NCBI RefSeq assembly: GCF_963921235.1
Contig: NC_086108.1
Span: forward strand, 77,316,001 to 77,380,000
Direction: 5' to 3'
Source of the DNA: Mobula hypostoma
Taxonomy: Eukaryota
Length of the DNA stretch: 64,000 bases
This document shows positions 63,525-64,000 of the stretch, in pieces (positions within the stretch are counted from its first letter, which is position 1; each line of letters begins with the position of its first letter). The notes beneath the pieces are model-generated. The model had not been told where the DNA came from. It did no database searches and saw nothing but the letters and a program-made list of their open reading frames with translations. A program made the position numbers and the translations under genes.

Positions 63525-64000
63525 TAAACTTCATGATCATGCAGGGACTTGTATTGACAACGACACAAGGGAAAAATTAAATGCACGTAAACCTCAGATA
63601 AAGTGCATAATATTTATACCAATCATTGATCCAAAGTTATAACAGTTGAAAGTAATTTACAGCTTTACTGATTCTTGTGGATGGCACCCAGTTTTTATAT
63701 CATAAAATGCTGTTGCTAATACTGTTCACATCCTGCTTATTCCAACAGACACATTTAACTTTTTAGGCACAACTTATTAGTGTACATTTATAGATGCTAG
63801 AAAAGTAATGCATATTTTCCTTACGGAACAGTGCAATATTAGGGTTGAAAAATATAAAAATATGGCTGCAATATCTATATTTGAAAGGTATAAAATCTTC
63901 TGAAACAGGATCCTTTGTTCGACCTGAAATATTTAGAGTCTGTCTTTCCAAAAATGCTGCCTGACCAGATAAGCTTCTCCAACATTTTGTCCTTCTGCTT

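Noticed and set aside
1..64000. CRISPR arrays, operons, retrons or other prokaryotic systems
   Set aside because: No repeat-spacer arrays or dense gene packing. All RT-like ORFs belong to eukaryotic retroelements.

Overview
Repeat-dense, AT-rich vertebrate genomic DNA, not prokaryotic. The repeat inventory points to a cartilaginous fish, possibly a ray (inference). Most of the window is nested, decayed transposable elements: CR1 and Rex1/Babar LINEs, R4/Dong-type LINEs, Penelope-like elements with degenerate hammerhead motifs, several SINE families, Ty3/Gypsy elements and solo LTRs, Tc1 transposons including a Sleeping Beauty-like copy with two right ends, a hAT/Charlie element and a PIF/Harbinger-type MITE. 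The only host-gene candidate is the possible 3' end of an unidentified + strand gene (exons 3675-3791 and 5343-5470, then a UTR-like stretch). Almost all ORF-track entries are TE fragments or chance ORFs. I found no clear new biological system. The best leads are a ZNF143+NRF1-like module shared by two unrelated DNA transposons, a possible HDV-like ribozyme in a short retroposon, and Penelope fragments at deletion or templated-insertion junctions. Family names come from recalled motifs, not searches, and boundaries of decayed elements are approximate.
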